This document shows positions 28,701 to 45,039 of a DNA stretch of 64,000 nt, piece by piece. The position numbers were made by a program, and so were the translations under genes. Each line of letters starts with the position of its first letter. Positions within the stretch are counted from its first letter, which is position 1. Below the pieces are notes generated by a model. The model saw only the letters and a list, made by a program, of their open reading frames with translations. It ran no database searches and was not told the DNA's origin. The stretch lies in assembly GCF_009914755.1 (NCBI RefSeq), contig NC_060947.1; one strand, given 5' to 3'. The stretch comes from the human T2T-CHM13v2.0 reference genome, Homo sapiens.

Positions 28701-31700
28701 ATTAGTTGGTATATTATAAACAAATCCTAGTTGAATAACTGATCTCAGTGCTGTTTTTAATGCAAAAGTATTTATTGTTCTTGGAGAAGAATCAGAAAAG
28801 AAGCTGAAATGAGATTTTTCACTGGAAGCCAGGAAGAGGGGACTCCCCATCAGTGCCATCCAAGGGGCAGGTTTGTTTCACGGCACCTACTAGATTTCTC
28901 CATGAAAGAGTGAGATATGGTGTGTGAGTGACTCAGAGTCCTGTCAGGAAACAGGTGGATGTGGGCACAGATAAGGAAACTAGTAAGTCACACTGAGGCA
29001 CCAGGGACTAGCAGCAGCTGGGACCTGTTAGCACTTCGAGGTCTCAAAAGGAAGGAGTAAGAAGAATAAATAACCCATCTCTCTCTCTCTCTTCCCATCC
29101 TCATTCTCTCCTGCCAGCACCTCCCATTGTTTTGCCCGAGCAGGAAGCCAGAACACAAGGATCCCATGTGATGCAATCATAAGCGTGAAGCTCTCAGGGC
29201 ACCAATGCTGCTGGTGGGGTTGAGGGCAGGGAGATGAGATTCAGTTCACATGTACAAGGCTCAGAACAAGAGAAACACAAGCAAAACCCAAAACAGAAAA
29301 GATGTGTAAAGTTGGACAGTCTAAGGAAACTGAACTCTTTAGGTAAGGGCTAGAAATAACAATTTCAATGCAGAAAGATCAAGAGATCACAAGTTCTTAA
29401 TTAAAACAACTGTTAGCTCAAACCTTTGATTCTGTAATTTCCTTACCAGCCCCTTTTAACTTCCATCAGAAGTTTTTAGTTATCAAAAAATGAGCCTTTA
29501 TTATGTAATCACTTCTTAAAATTATTTACGTAAAGATTATAGAATTATGAAATTTTCAAAGTGTGGCCAATCAACTCTCCAAAAATATCTCTTTTATCAA
29601 AATTAATTCGTGTTTGACTCGTGTCTTAGATCGGGATTTCTGTAACACATATTCTTGTAGTTTATATTTACCAAAACCATGGGGTTCTTTTCACTTTCCG
29701 AGTATAAAATTATAACGTAAATTTTCAAAGAATACATGCGGACTGGGAGGACATACAACAGCCCCTTAAGATGGGGAGGAGACCTGCCGTGTCTTCAGCC
29801 CTCCTCCTCAACTACTGCCCTAAAATATGGATACAATCCAATTTGATAGAGACAAACTCTCAGGCCTAAAATGATTATTTTAACATGATTGATAAAGACT
29901 TTGCTCATTGTTATCAAGCTTTTGTTCAAAAATGTATTTTCCTGCAGGTAAAAAAAAAACATATGAGTAATCAATTAAGAAGAAAAAGCCTGCCCAGCCA
30001 TGCAATAATTATGTTCTCTGTAAACAATGGATGTTGACACCTGAGAAAGGTTTGGGGTGGTTACATTTCCAATCCCCAAAGGATTCAATCTATCAGAGCC
30101 CAAACAAGAGCACATGTAAGAACTATCAACCAGTCTGTCTCTTCATCACTCAAACCTGGGGCTACTCTGTTTCATCCCACTTGCTGTGGTAGGATTAAAC
30201 CAGCAGGATGGAAATATGCCATTCCCCACCAGCACTCTAACTTCATTTTTAGGTTTCTAAAAATGCCACTGAATATTTCTGAATGTGAGAGTGGGGCTTT
30301 TCAAGGGCTGTGGTGAGCTTTGTGATATCAATGACTCTGTCCATCACATTTGAATATGTAAAACACCTTTTGGGCTCACACCAGAAGTTAGGAACCCTCT
30401 GGATCATACAGAACAGAAATCCTTACATTTTTTTTGCTTTTGTAGTCCTGTCACTAAAAAAAGTTTTGAACATGTACTGCCCCAAATGTGTATTAATTTA
30501 TTCATAATTTATATATCTGTACTACTGTAAATAATATATTATGGAGAATATAAAATATATGTTAAGAGGTGTTGAAATGAAGGTAAAATATACATTTTAA
30601 TCACTCAAATATTTTGCTATCACTGCTGCATTAAAAAATCAATATTTTAAATGATAAAGTGGTCAAGGATGCTGATTTATTTTTGAACATCTTGGTTTAA
30701 CATTTCATTGAGTAAAAATGTGAAGGTCTGGTTGCAAGTTCAGCTTATTTCTTTATTTGGTTTTAATCATTGTCATTGGAGGAAAAAAAGAACTGCAGAA
30801 ACATATGAAGAGGCAAACGGACAAAGTATGGCTCCAACTTGCTTACTAGATCATGAAATACCATTTTTCAATCCCATCTATGCAAGAGATTTTGTTGACA
30901 TTCGTCTGGAAAGTTTCCATCTCCTTTGATGTCCGTCAGCTGTTCTTACAAACCAAATGGAAGATATTGCCTTTTTATTATATTTAACAAGTGAGTTCAC
31001 AATCCACTGAAATGCTTCATTTGGAAGATTGTTAAACAGGTTAGACAAATCCATTTTCAAGTTTTCAAAGACTGCAGTTTTTATCTATGCATATTTGCAT
31101 AATTTTCAATAAAACAATCAAATAACTGTTGTTATGTCTAAACATCTGTTTCCCTACATTCAGACCACAATCCAAGTTTATTTTGACAAACTAAGTTGCT
31201 TTCTCACTCTTTGCTGTATCTTCTTTACCCTGAAAAGACAACTCTTTCAGTTCATTGTCACCAGCAAACCAACAACCCCTTTGTCAGACAAAAGATTTTC
31301 ATAGCTGCTCGACTTTATTTTAATCATTTTGTTTCAAAACAACCACACTGTTGATATCTAAAGTACTTCAATTACCCTGGAAGCCTCGTTTTGTTCTAGT
31401 CAAAGCTACTACTCCATTGTTGTATATTTTGCTATATTTCGTGCCAGTATCATAGGATTCTAAGAATTGTCTTTTTATAATAAGTTCTGGTATCCTGTAG
31501 GGCTAGACAACCATAGCATTTTTCTTGTTTAGAGTGTTCTTTTATAGCATTATGTAAAATTTAGAATTCTCATTGTTGAATTTTTTAAAAAAGGACTATT
31601 GAAATATCTTTATTGGATGGCATTAAATTTGTAAATTAATTTGGAGAAAACTAAAATTATCACATTTATTCTACCCATTAAAAAGAAGCCTCATTTATTT

Positions 31701-34700
31701 CAAAGCCTCCTAAAATTCTCCAACAAGATTCTTCTAAACATTTTGTGATTTTAAATTTAATTGTTCTGGATTGTCTCGGCTTTTCAAGTACTATGTAAGT
31801 TTCCAAGCTTGACTAAACAGTTCTAAATCTTTAAATGCTCCTGACAGTGTTGTGGGAATTGACTGACAGTGGCCTGTGGAATTGATTAGCGGAGGTTAAA
31901 TTCTTCTGAACCCACAGTATGCGTATTTATGAAGGCAAAAAGCATGCAATTCACCATGTTATGTGAGCTGAAAACACACGATGTGCAGTTATGTGTGTTC
32001 ATATAAAATTTAACTCATTTCTAGTGAAGGGATTTGATTTGGCTCTTTTGATCCCAAAGGACAGAGGCAGTAGTTCCAGATGCAGAGAAGGTTTAGGATC
32101 CTGATTAGTGAGGGTTCCTGGATCTTCTGTCCTGATATTGCTCCACAGAGTGGTCTCTCTCCAAGTTTAGTAACTTCTCTTCCAACTCCCATCTTCGTTC
32201 CAACAAAGATGGTTTCTGTTTTCTCATGTAGCACATATAAATCTTATTCCTAAACTCATGTGTGCGATCGTATTATATTCCTGCTGGTTGGCAATTCAAA
32301 TGTAATCATGTTGAATATTCACAAGTTCTGGGAATCTTACACAGAGAAGAAATTTGAGCAGGGCTTTATGGTTTCAACCCACATTACGTGCTCCTAAGAT
32401 ACCCTGATCCAAATCTGTGTGATCCCCTGAAGTTCACTGACTGCCGTTTCTTAGGCTCAGACTTAAGTCGTGGTGCCTTGCCGGGCATCCCACCAAGCTG
32501 CTTCTCCTGAAGTTGCTGCCACCTCACAGGGGTCTTCTACCCTTGCTTCCTCAGCCAAGCTGCTCAGACTTTCAGGAAACAAAAGTAGGAAAGAGTTATA
32601 AGCAGTCAACTTTTGCTTTGAGCCCTGATAAATACATCACCCCTAAGGCAAGAGTCTGCAAAAGACCTGTCTACTTTATTAGACCTGGGAGTGGAAAAAA
32701 CCCAATGAGAACAAAGCGAAAAAATATATATTTTCAATATATTACTTTACCACACACAATATCATCATTTTGACTCACTGGAAACCTAGAACTAGGTTCT
32801 AAAATGCCTCGTGACCTCTCTCCGTTGTAACCTATCAACTTTAACAATCCATACTTTGCTTTCTTTTATTCTTCCTACTGAAATTCTTGCTCTGAGGAAC
32901 TCTGGTTTACATAGATGAGCACTTTTGGTCAAAGCTTTCCATGTTAGGCCCCCTTCCAGGCCACAGCAGGGATTACGAATTTTGCAGCCCTACTGTGCCC
33001 AAGCCCAAATCCAGTCAGGGATGTGGGAAGATGCTGAAGAATAGACTGTGGGGTTCCTGTGGCTGCCATGCCACCAAGGATAATAAGGGGAGAAGTTTCC
33101 TTTGGAGGTGTCTGTGGTGTTTGTCCAATGTAACATACTTAGTCATGAATGACATGGGGAATGAAGTTGGTGGAGAAAATCCTTTTGACATGTGGAACTT
33201 CAGGGTATTTATTAATAAATACTATTTTAAGCACTATTTACAGACTAGATGCATGAGCTTTTGGTACATACCAAACATCCCCCAAATTCAGTGTCATAAA
33301 ACCATCATCATGTCTTATCCCTTATTCAGGTAGCTGATCTAGGCTTGGGGGCTGGGCAGCTCTGCTATACTTAGCTTCTCACTGAGGTGCAGGCTCTGGT
33401 CATTCTAGAGAACAGGCTGAAAGGGCAGCAGCTACCTTGAGAAGGCCTTCTTGTGACGCTGGTGGGCAGTAAGAACAGATGCCCAAACAAACTAGCATTT
33501 TTTACTTGACACGTCTGGGCTCCATCATGGGACATGCTTAGGGCAATAGGATGTTAGCAGAGCCAAGGGGCAGAGAAACATGTACTGTGTATAGTGGGAA
33601 GGTACTGGAAAGGAATGTGGCATCTGGTGGCAAATCATGACCTAGGGAGCAAATCAAGACTAAGTCAGTCTACCACACAGACCAGTGCTACCAAGATAAG
33701 AGCATATATTGATGCTTGGTCCTCTCTTGTAATCATAGCTGGTCATCCCTGAAACCTAACACCAACGATGACCTCAAGCATACCTTAGGCACAAAAATGT
33801 TTATACTCCATAAGTAGTTATACCTATCTGTGATCCAGTCTTAACTACCCAGGTAGCCTACCTGCCATTATCTTCCCAGATTCTTTAACCTCCGCACCAA
33901 AGGTAACGGCTTCTAAATTTGGATTTTCCTTCCAGAATCCTTCCACTCAGCACATATTTTGAAAAGGACTTTGCTGGCTTTAATGAGTGCATCAAAAACT
34001 GGAATGACTTCAGGTTTTCACACAGCATGCTTTCTACTAGTCAAAGCAATTATTTGTGACACATTGGGTGTATCAGTGTTTTATTTCTGCTGAGAAAGAA
34101 GGGCTCCAAGAGTTCAAGGAAAGCCCTTTCCTTTTGTTATGGGGAGTTAGGCAGCAGGATTTCTGTCATTCCTTTTGAAATGAAATCTGTCAGAAACAGG
34201 AAGATTGCTCACTTTATCTTGATGGACATATTTTCCATTTCAATTAATATACTCTGTATTTTTTGGGTCACAGATTCCTGGCCTATCTGTGTGTTTTTTA
34301 GAGAAAGTTGGGGACAGAGGATGGAGGTTTGAATAGCTCATCAGTTGTATACTTCTAGTCTCAGCATCAGAATTCACTGACGCACGTTCAGCAGGTAAAA
34401 AAAAAATGTTGCTTTTTCAGCTCATTAAACAAGGACTCAAGTGTCTTTATTAAAAAAAAATATTGCAAGTACAGGGCCAAAAACTGCTTGCCTTGTTACA
34501 GAGGGTCAAATGATGTTTCATGGGGAACATGCTAGTAGGCTTGCATTCTTACTGGAAAAGAGACGGGGGTTGATTATTTTTAGGTAATTTATTCTGAAAA
34601 CACAACCTGTTGAGAGAGAAGATGAGAATGCCATTGGAAGGTTATCCTCAACATGCAAGCAAAACAAAAATAATAAAAAAATCATTAGCAAAGATGACAA

Positions 34701-35304
34701 CACTAGACCAAGCAGTGACCACACAGTACATATTTGGTTGTGTTTCAAGCCTTATTTGGGTAGAGGAAAAAAAAAAAAAACCAATGAAGAAATATAGGCC
34801 AATGTAAGACTCTGTTGACACAGAGAATGGCAGCATCTGAGGTTGAAAGGACGTATGCCTGTATCGCCCCTAATTATAGAACATCATCAGTGCTTCTTAT
34901 TTCCCTCAAGACTCAGGCTTGCCCCCGGCACTATGTTCAATGGTCACTTAATGGTCTAGAAACATGGTTGAGAAAAAACATATTAACAGCAATCCAGTCA
35001 CCAGAGCACCTGGATTTTCTCCTACCTTCTTTTATTCTTTCGTGTTCTGGTACAGTCTTGCCTTGTGTATATCAATGTATGTTTGTATTTATTGTGTCAT
35101 TGCATTTGATAGGATTTTTCAAATTGAAAGCCTCAGAGCTTACGTAGGATTTGTGAGGCATTTTACTAAGAAAGTTGGGCTGCAAGTATTTTAAATGTTA
35201 TTGAGTTTATTTTCATATTTTAAGACTGACTGAGTTCATAATGTCTGAAACGGACTCCTTTCTATTCATTGATCTCCAGAGAAGAAAATAACAATCAATA
35301 CTTT

Positions 35305-35550
35305 GTTTTTAACTTTTATTTTAAGTTCAAGGGTACATGTGTAGGTTTGTTACATAGGAAAACTTACGTCATGAGGGTTTGTTGCACAGATTATTTCATC
35401 ACCCAGGTATTAAGCCTAGTACCCATTAGTTGTTTTTCCTGATCCTCTCCCTCCTCCCACCCTTCACCCTCAAGTAGGCCCCCGTGTGTGTCGTTCCCCT
35501 CTATGTGTCCATGTGTTCTCATCATTTAGCTCCCACTTATAAGTGAGACC
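35305..35550 (-). mobile_element. L1PA (older) 3' end
   Basis: ttttaagttcaagggtacatgtgtaggtttgttacatagg...ctcccacttataagtgag. Confidence 0.85.
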
Positions 35551-35559
35551 ATTCCAGCC

Positions 35560-35785
35560 AATGCTTTTTGAGTGCTTACTATGTGCTTACATTTTGCTGA
35601 GTGCTTTATGTTTATTCATTCAGTTTTCACAAGTATCTTATGAACTTGTTATGATCATTGTCACCATTTTACAGATAAGAAAACTGAAATATAGAGTGAT
35701 GGAGTAATTTGTGCAGGTCACGTCAATAAGAAGTAGGGGAGCCAGGACTTGAATTCAGGCAGTCTGGCTCCAAAGTCTCTCACCA
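35560..35785. mobile_element. MIR
   Basis: ccattttacagataagaaaactga...gacttgaattcaggcagtctggctcc. Confidence 0.75.
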
Positions 35786-36029
35786 AACGATCATATCAGT
35801 TCTCACGTTCACACTGCACCTGGGCATTTATTTGTTTCTTGTACAAACTAGAAAGTGTCACCTACTTGAAGAGACAAATGTCTCCCATAATGTGGACACA
35901 TCAGGACACGAGAACTGCATGCTCATAGGCAACATGCTCATAGGTATCTCCTCACTGGGAACGTCTGCTGTGTGCAGGAAAATGGTTCCAGAGTAGAAGT
36001 CCCACTCCTGGTCTATCAGGGTGGCCTCC

Positions 36030-36665
36030 AAATATATTAAAAGCACAACAATTTCTGCGGCTTCTGCCACTCTCACCCTGGTCCAAGCCACCGCCATCAG
36101 GGGTTGATGTAATGGCCCCTGAAATGCTTCTACCAGTACCCTCTCCTGTCATCAGCAGGGCAGCTGGATCACATGTCTACTTGTTCCACTCAGAACAAAA
36201 GACAAAGTCTTTCCAAGAGCCTGTGTGATCTGTGTCCCTCCTTCCCATCACTTCTTTACTCCTCACCACCCTGCCTGCAACCCCACATCCTTATCTGCGC
36301 CACTAGCCTTCAGATTGTTCCTGGGCAGGTTCACGTCAGGCACGTTATGCCTCAGGACCTTTGTGCTTCATGGTCCCTGTGTTGGAAGTGCTCCCCCCGA
36401 AACGTTTCCTGTTCCCTGCTGATCATTACAGCACCTTCACCCACCCACTCCACCCACTCAGCTCTCTATCCTTCCTCCCTGCCTTATTTTTCTCCCTAGT
36501 GTTTATAATGACTGGCTCTTCCATCTATTTTACTAATGTGTTAGTTTCTTCTTTGTCGCTGAACACTAGCGTGAACACTTTCTTTTTTGTCTGCTTTCTT
36601 TCCCAGTGCAATCCCAGAAATGAGAATCCAGTGGGCGTTTTACGAATTGACTAAATGAACAAATG
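36030..36665 (+). mobile_element. L2 fragment
   Basis: ccactctcaccctggtccaagccacc...gcctcaggacctttgtg. Confidence 0.6.
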
Positions 36666-36987
36666 AGTGCATTGTGGAGTTGTTTTGGAGAATTAAGTAA
36701 ACTAGCATATGGAAAGCATTTGGAACAAACAATGCTTAGCATGAAATTAATGTTTAATAAATGTCAGGTATCAATAAAAGAATAACATAATAGTTATTGA
36801 ATGAATGATGCATTAGATACTATTACTTGTTCCTGTGGTAGGAAGAGGGTAATCAAGCTCCAGAAGTTTTAAGTATGTTAACGTACATTTACAATGGTTG
36901 CTAGAGGAGATAATCAGGGACATCATTTGTGTCCTCTTTTCCTATTGTCTGGAGGGCGTACTATAATCCATCCTTCTCTAGGCAAGA

Positions 36988-37164
36988 GAGTGGCTCTCAA
37001 ACTTCATTGGACTTGGGAATCACCTGCAGAGTTTTAAAAAATTGATCCTGGTTCCCATCCCAGATATTCTGATATGGTTAGTCCGGAGTGTAACTCGGGC
37101 ATTAGGAGTTTTGAAATGCTCCCTGAGTGATTCTAATGTGCAGCAAAGTTTGGGAATCACTGCC
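36988..37164. mobile_element. MER5A-like
   Basis: gtggctctcaaactt...gaatcacctg...gtgattctaatgtgcagcaaagtttgggaatcactg. Confidence 0.75.
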
Positions 37165-39516
37165 TTAAGCTTTTCACAGAGCTAACAGCAGCAGAAGGAA
37201 AAGCCTTCCTCAGTCCCTCTCTATGCTTGGAACCGAGAGTTGCACCAACCTCGGTTCTAAAACACGTGTGACCATTAGCAAGTCACCTAGCTTCAGCAAG
37301 CTTTACCTTCCTCAATTTTATGTCTGCTGTGGAAAATGGTGAAAACTCAGAATTCAGGGCCAGGTTCCAAAAATGTGAATTTTCCTTCTTCCCTCTCTCC
37401 CTTCCTTTCATTCTTCCTTCCTCCCTCCCTTCTTTTCTTCTTTCTGTCCCCTCTTTCATCTGGAGGTAAAAGGACAGAATTGTTTTCAGATGTGGCTCAA
37501 AAATGGCTTGCTCTGAAATGGTGCTTTCTTACAGAGGGGACCAGAGAACCAAAGTGTCCACCATGCCTAGCTGGCCCCATTCTTCCCCAGGCATACCCAG
37601 CCATGCCTGTTTCAGCTTCAGGAGGGATCAATGTCTGAAGGTCAAGTTCCCACCCATTGGGGTCCACTGTGGGAGTATCAGAGGTCCTACTAGTGTCCTG
37701 GGTTCCAGCCCTGGCCTCCCCACTTCTTCCCTGTGTCTTAGTGCCTCCCAGCCTGGGGCCTTGTCTGAGGCTCCTACCCTGGTCACTGGGGCTCACACTG
37801 CATTGGTTTTGCTGGCTCACTCAGGGTCTGGAATTCTGTCCTCTGACACCCAGGCCTCTCCGTCTGATCTCCTGCCCACCTGAGTTCTGCCCACCTCTCT
37901 TCATCCATCCCAAGCATATACCATATCATGGTAGCTGCGTCTAATCTCTGGGTCCCGAAAAACACCTGCACCCACCCTATAGTGCCACCAATCTCAGCCT
38001 GGACTTTTCTATTAATAGAATGGTGGTGAGACACTGGGGATAGCACAATACTGGGGCCAGCATCACGGGTGTGTGACCCATTCAGTGACACAGGACCCTG
38101 GGCTGGGTTTCATGTTCTGCTGTCTTGAAATTAGTCATGTTTGAATGAGAGGCTCCACATTTTCATTTTGCACTGTTTCTGCAAATTATCTAATGTGCCC
38201 CACACTTCAAATCAGAAGACCTGGTATGGATTGCACCTGGCTTACACCTGAGAAAAGCGTGACCTTGGCCAAGTTATTTTTCCTATCTTGGCATTTGCAA
38301 AGAAGGAATGAGTGGGGTAAAACTGTCTCCATCGTAGGGGAATTTTAAGAATGAAATAAGGTAACAGATGAGTGTTAGCACATGGTGCACAACATGTTAG
38401 TTCTCAACTAACACTTCTCTTTTTCCTACTGTTCCACCTCCCAAGAAGCTAAGTCGAAAAGACACTTCCTTTCTGTTTAAAATGGATTTTAAATGTTTGT
38501 TTTCCTAGATAGTGATATATACCTAAAGGAAAGATCTTAGGAGTTGTCATTGATCTTACCTCATTCTTATTAATTATGCAGAAAGACAACAGGATTCCTT
38601 CTTTGCTATCTTTCTTTATTACATTGAACAATATGTTGTCCAGATGGCATATAGAGTAGCATCTTCCAAGATATTTTTAAATGATCTTCTTTTACTTATT
38701 GAAGAAGATTACAGGGAGAGAAATTTGAATTAAACCCGTGTCATTGAAATAATCTTAGCTTACATTACATTAAGGAGATTTCTATTATTCAGACTAATAA
38801 CTTTTCCCCAAAAGAAGGCTGCCTTGAACAATGTGCATGAGTGAAGACTTCATCAAGAGTCATGGGAGTGAGTCTTTGGCCCAACCCTCTGGCATACCAG
38901 CCATGGGCCCTTAGTGACAATAAACTAGTATTTTGATCTCAGTTTTCTTATTGGTAAAATCCACAAAATAATACCAGTTCTGCCCTCTCATTCTCAATTT
39001 GTGTATCAAATTAGGTATTTGTGGAAGTATTTTGAAAATTTTTGAATGCTATACAAATTTTGAGTTGGGATTATTGATAAGACTTCTGAAGTTTAGGTGT
39101 TAATGAAAAGATTCATTTGAACCACTTGAAAATCTTTCCGGAGAACAAATGCCAAGAGTTAAGTTCTCAACTTCTTTGGAAATGGAGATGTGTTTGACAA
39201 CAGGATAGTGTGTCACCACCAAAATAATCCACTTCAATTTTACTGCGGCCAGAAGCCATAGGTATTACCTTCTAAATGTCTGAAACCCTCTGAGGCTGTT
39301 TCTAAGCATATCAGTTATAACTTAACAGCTTTTCACAAAGAAATCTCTTTTTCTCTACTTATTAATTCAAGTACTAATTGAGAATGTACTATGTGCCAGA
39401 TACAGTTCTAGGCACCTGAGATAAATCAGTGAATAAAACCAAGTTCCTTGCCCTCATAGAGTGTATGTTCCAGTGTATAGAGCAAAACAACAAAAATAAC
39501 CATAAAATTAAGTATA

Positions 39517-39960
39517 CTGTTGACCCTTGAACAACATGGGGCTTGGGGTGCCAACCCCACATGCAGTCAAAAATCCACGTATAACTTTGGATGCCCTCAA
39601 AACTCAATTACTGATAGCATACTGTTGACCAGAAGTCTTACCAATAACATAACAGTTGATTAACATATATTTTGTATGTTATATGCATTATACTCATATA
39701 CTGTATTCTTTCAATAAAGTTAGAGAAAACAAAATGTTATTAAGAAAGTCATAGGGAAGAGAAAATATATTTATTAATCATTAAGTAGAAGTAGATCATC
39801 ATAAAGTTCTCCATCCTCATTGTCTTTACATTGAGTAAGTTAAGAAGGGGAAGGAACAACAGGGGATGGTCTTGCTGTCTCAGGGGTGGCAGAGGAGGAA
39901 GAAAATCTATGTATAAGTGGACCTGTGCAGTTCAAACCTGTGTTGTTCAAGAGCCAACTG
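39517..39960. mobile_element. Tigger2a-like element nested in an L2
   Basis: TIRs ctgttgacccttgaacaacatggg... and ...gttcaagagccaactg; homologous to 21671-22117. L2 sequence flanks both sides (about 39360-40200). Confidence 0.85.
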
Positions 39961-40298
39961 CATTCTACAGCACGTTAGCATGTGATTAGTGCTGTGGGGA
40001 ACAAAGAAGTAGAAGGGCATAAAGGGGATCAGGCATGTTGGGGAGCAGGGTTGCATTTTTAAAATGTATGGCCAGGACAGTCCTCTTCAAGGTCATATGT
40101 GAGCACAAGCTTGAGCGAGGTGAGGCTGGGCCATATGCATATCTGCAGGATAGGCATTCCAGGTTCGAGGAACAGCCAATGCAAAAGCCTGAAGCAAAAC
40201 TGGCCCAAGTAGGCCACGAAAGAAGCATGACTATGGGTCTCCCCAGATCTTTCTCACTCTCTACCAAAAAACAGGTTTTGAAATTAAAGAGAATATGA

Positions 40299-40601
<303 letters not shown>

Positions 40602-40884
40602 TAAGTGTCCAGGCTGTGAAAGCTGGATATGTTTTTCCAAAACCTGGATAGAGTCACTTCACCAGAGGAACAGAAATGCTTCCTCAAACTAGGTTTTAAA
40701 CTGCCAAATCCATCATTATCACCAGACTCAGGAAAATACTGAGCCATCATCTATAACCATGGAAATGAATCACTTCTTAACTTATGAATGCAGACAAGAA
40801 GAGGCAGGCCCTGTACTGTATTACAGTAAGCCCATGATGAATTCCTTAGTGAAAAAAAGGAGGAAGTGGTTACAGTAGGATTTA

Positions 40885-41652
<768 letters not shown>

Positions 41653-41959
41653 AGTATATGTCAAATCTTTAAAATTCTACAATATGATTAGATAATTAAT
41701 GTACTTTCCCTCAATCTTCGTATTACAGTATACAGATGTTCCGCTGTCAACACAGCTGAATACAGTGGACTATGATGCAATCGCCTGAAGTGGGCTGCCT
41801 TTACCTTTCCAGAAACAATGTGCTTTTATTATTTATTTATTATATATGTATTTATATGCTTACTGTAATGGACTCATATTGGATTTATTTTCAGAAAAAA
41901 AGGGGAATTATCTTCCATGCCCTTTCTTCATAGGATTTTGCAAATCAGTAACAGGATTC

Positions 41960-42210
41960 AGCAGTAAAGTACTACACTTAGGAGCACAGACTCTGGCATC
42001 AGACTGCCTGAATCTGACTCCTACCTCTGCCCCTTTTTAGACTTTTTAGCTTCCATGTTAAATTCCCTGCATTTCAGTTTGATGTAACTTCTCTACATCT
42101 TCTGTATAATGGGGATCAGAGTAGTATCTACCTTGTAGGGCTATGGAAAGGATGCAATAAATTAGAAGAGTGCCAGGCACATCCTGGTCATTCCATAGAT
42201 GTTTACTTTT
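41960..42210. mobile_element. MIR
   Basis: ggagcacagactctggcatcagactgcctg...agtatctaccttgtaggg. Confidence 0.65.
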
Positions 42211-44166
42211 ATTGTTATTGTTATTTAACTCTAAAATGTTTGGCCAGTTGAGTGTCTCAATTAAGGGAAACGAAACTCAAGTAGCGTCCTGGTATAGATT
42301 TTAAAATTTGGTTTCATTTTTCGTTTTTCATTATTTTGACATAATATGCCCCAGGGCAAGCACCACAAATAATTAACCACTTTAGACTTGTGCTATCTGC
42401 TAAACTTTTTTATTTCATTAAATGTAGATCATATTTTAGTTCTCTGTGTAAGATTGTTGAGCTCGACACAATTGAGAATTCTCAAAACAGATCTGTTGCT
42501 TCTTATGATAACATGCTTTGTAAAAAAAAAAAATAGAAACAATGTAGATAGTATAGAGGAGAAAGTAAAAAAAAAAATCACCTAAATTCCTACTACCAAG
42601 ATATAGCCATTATTGATGTAGACAGCAATAATATGTATAGTAGATATAATTCCGTGCATACACAAACACACATATGTAATACATATGAGATCATATATTT
42701 TACACATACATAATACATATATATAGATGTATGTATGTATATGCAGACACATTTTTTCCTAAATGGAATAATATTTGGCATGCTGTTTTATAATATTGGG
42801 ATAATCTAACATCTCTGATTATGAGATTCTCCGAAGTATGTGTCTTCCCAGGAGCTGAATGAAGATTCAAGTCTTATTTTTTATTTTTTGGTATCATCTC
42901 ACTGTTTCTACAACCTCTCTCCTTCCTGGCCCTCAATTCTCCTTAGCTTCAAAGACACTAATACCTACTCTTACACAATTTTGAGAAGAGTAGAAAAAAG
43001 GTAAAAACAAAGGTCAAAGAGTACTATTTCCAGTTATTGTTATGAGTGAAAACATTGGTCAAACAAGCTGTGTCTATCATAAAAATGACTCTACAGAAGT
43101 CCCAAGTGATTTCAGTGCGTGACTAGATTTTCTGTAGTAGGCAATCCAGACTTCAAAGTAAAGGCCATGAGACAGTTCTCTTGAAGTGTGCCACTGTTTT
43201 GTATTTTGGATGGGACAGTGTGTCTCTTCTCCAGAATTCTTGATTAAAGTTGCTTGATTAGACAAGAATAGTTTCATTTGATCAAAAAGCATGGGTCAAA
43301 TATAAGAGTATGTTAATCTGAGAGTGGTTTTCTTATTAGAATAGTTAACATTCGTCCTTCAGTTACTTTGAAAGTTTTTCTGTATTTGATCAGCGTTTGA
43401 TTGCTACCCATTTGTTTGACTGAATTTGAGTGATTACTTGCACATAATACTTATAATAAGTTTCCCAAGTGGTTTTTCTGAGTTCCTTATGTGTGCAAAC
43501 ACTGAATCCCACATCTGTAAAATGAATATTTTGTATCAGTAATATAAGGACATGTTAAGTTTCTCCTACTCTCTTACTTCCCGGAAGGAAGACAAATTTA
43601 TGCTACAGCTTGAATGACACATATGCCTCGTATCTGGGTGGGTAGAGAACAACTGAATTACTTTCAGTTCCATGTTCTGGGTATGAAGTGTTCATTTCAA
43701 TTACTAAATGAAGTAATAGCAATAATATTTGAAAGATAGCGTTTCAGCTGCAACTATCACCCAGAGTCAGACCTGTGGAAATATAGTTAAAATTATAGTA
43801 CCATATGCTACCGTATCAATATTTGGGAGGTAATTGCACATGTCTAGAGCTTAATTCAGGTAATTGTTTTTATATCTTACTTAAATATAGATGTATGCTT
43901 CACTCAGATGTGGTTTTAAGTTTATGTGTCAAGAAACCTGGCAGTGACTAGGTTCTGAATTATAGGAACAAATTCAAAAGGGACATTCACCATTCTGAAC
44001 TTGGAAGAGTCCAAGCTAAGATCTAGTCCGTCCTTCAAGTCAATTCTTTAACCTGTGTAAGCCTCAATTATCTCATTATATGGAAGGCATTATAGTATTC
44101 AGTGAAGTTACTAGGCCAAGAATTTAACCCATTGCCTGGTGCATAATAAATGCTGAACAAATATTA

Positions 44167-44718
<552 letters not shown>

Positions 44719-44840
44719 GGAGGGATGCACATGGAGCTGTGAGGGAGGAAGGGGACACCTGCCTAGCCAGCCAGATCAGCTGAATCAACCCTGGCGATCA
44801 ATGGGGCAACAGATGACACAGCCAGATCACCTTCACATCC
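44719..44840 (-). pseudogene. 7SK snRNA pseudogene, 5' ~122 nt only
   Basis: The reverse complement reads GGATGTGAAGGTGATCTGGCTGTGTCATCTGTTGCCCCATTGATCGCCAGGGTTGATTCAGCTGATCTGGCTGGCTAGGCAGGTGTCCCCTTCCTCCCTCACAGCTCCATGTGCATCCCTCC, which matches the 7SK 5' hairpin from nt 1. Confidence 0.93.
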
Positions 44841-45039
44841 GAACACCCTTTTACTGAGATATCTTACGATTCCCCACAGTATGCTGTCTCCCTACTTGTA
44901 ATAAGTACATAAATGCACCTTTGTTTGAATCCAGCTGTGCCGAATTGTTGCAGCTTTGGCCACAGGGTATCAACACAACTGATTGGCTACCTGTTGAGAG
45001 AATAGCTCCTTCTAGGGGCCTCACCACACACACACACAC

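Noticed and set aside
35918-35945. Short tandem duplication catgctcatagg x2 (also agagcctattc x2 near 16663)
   Set aside because: Ordinary slippage duplications with no sign of function.
37336-38091. Cluster of overlapping 95-126 aa ORFs
   Set aside because: No recognisable protein similarity; explained by locally higher GC and fewer stop codons.
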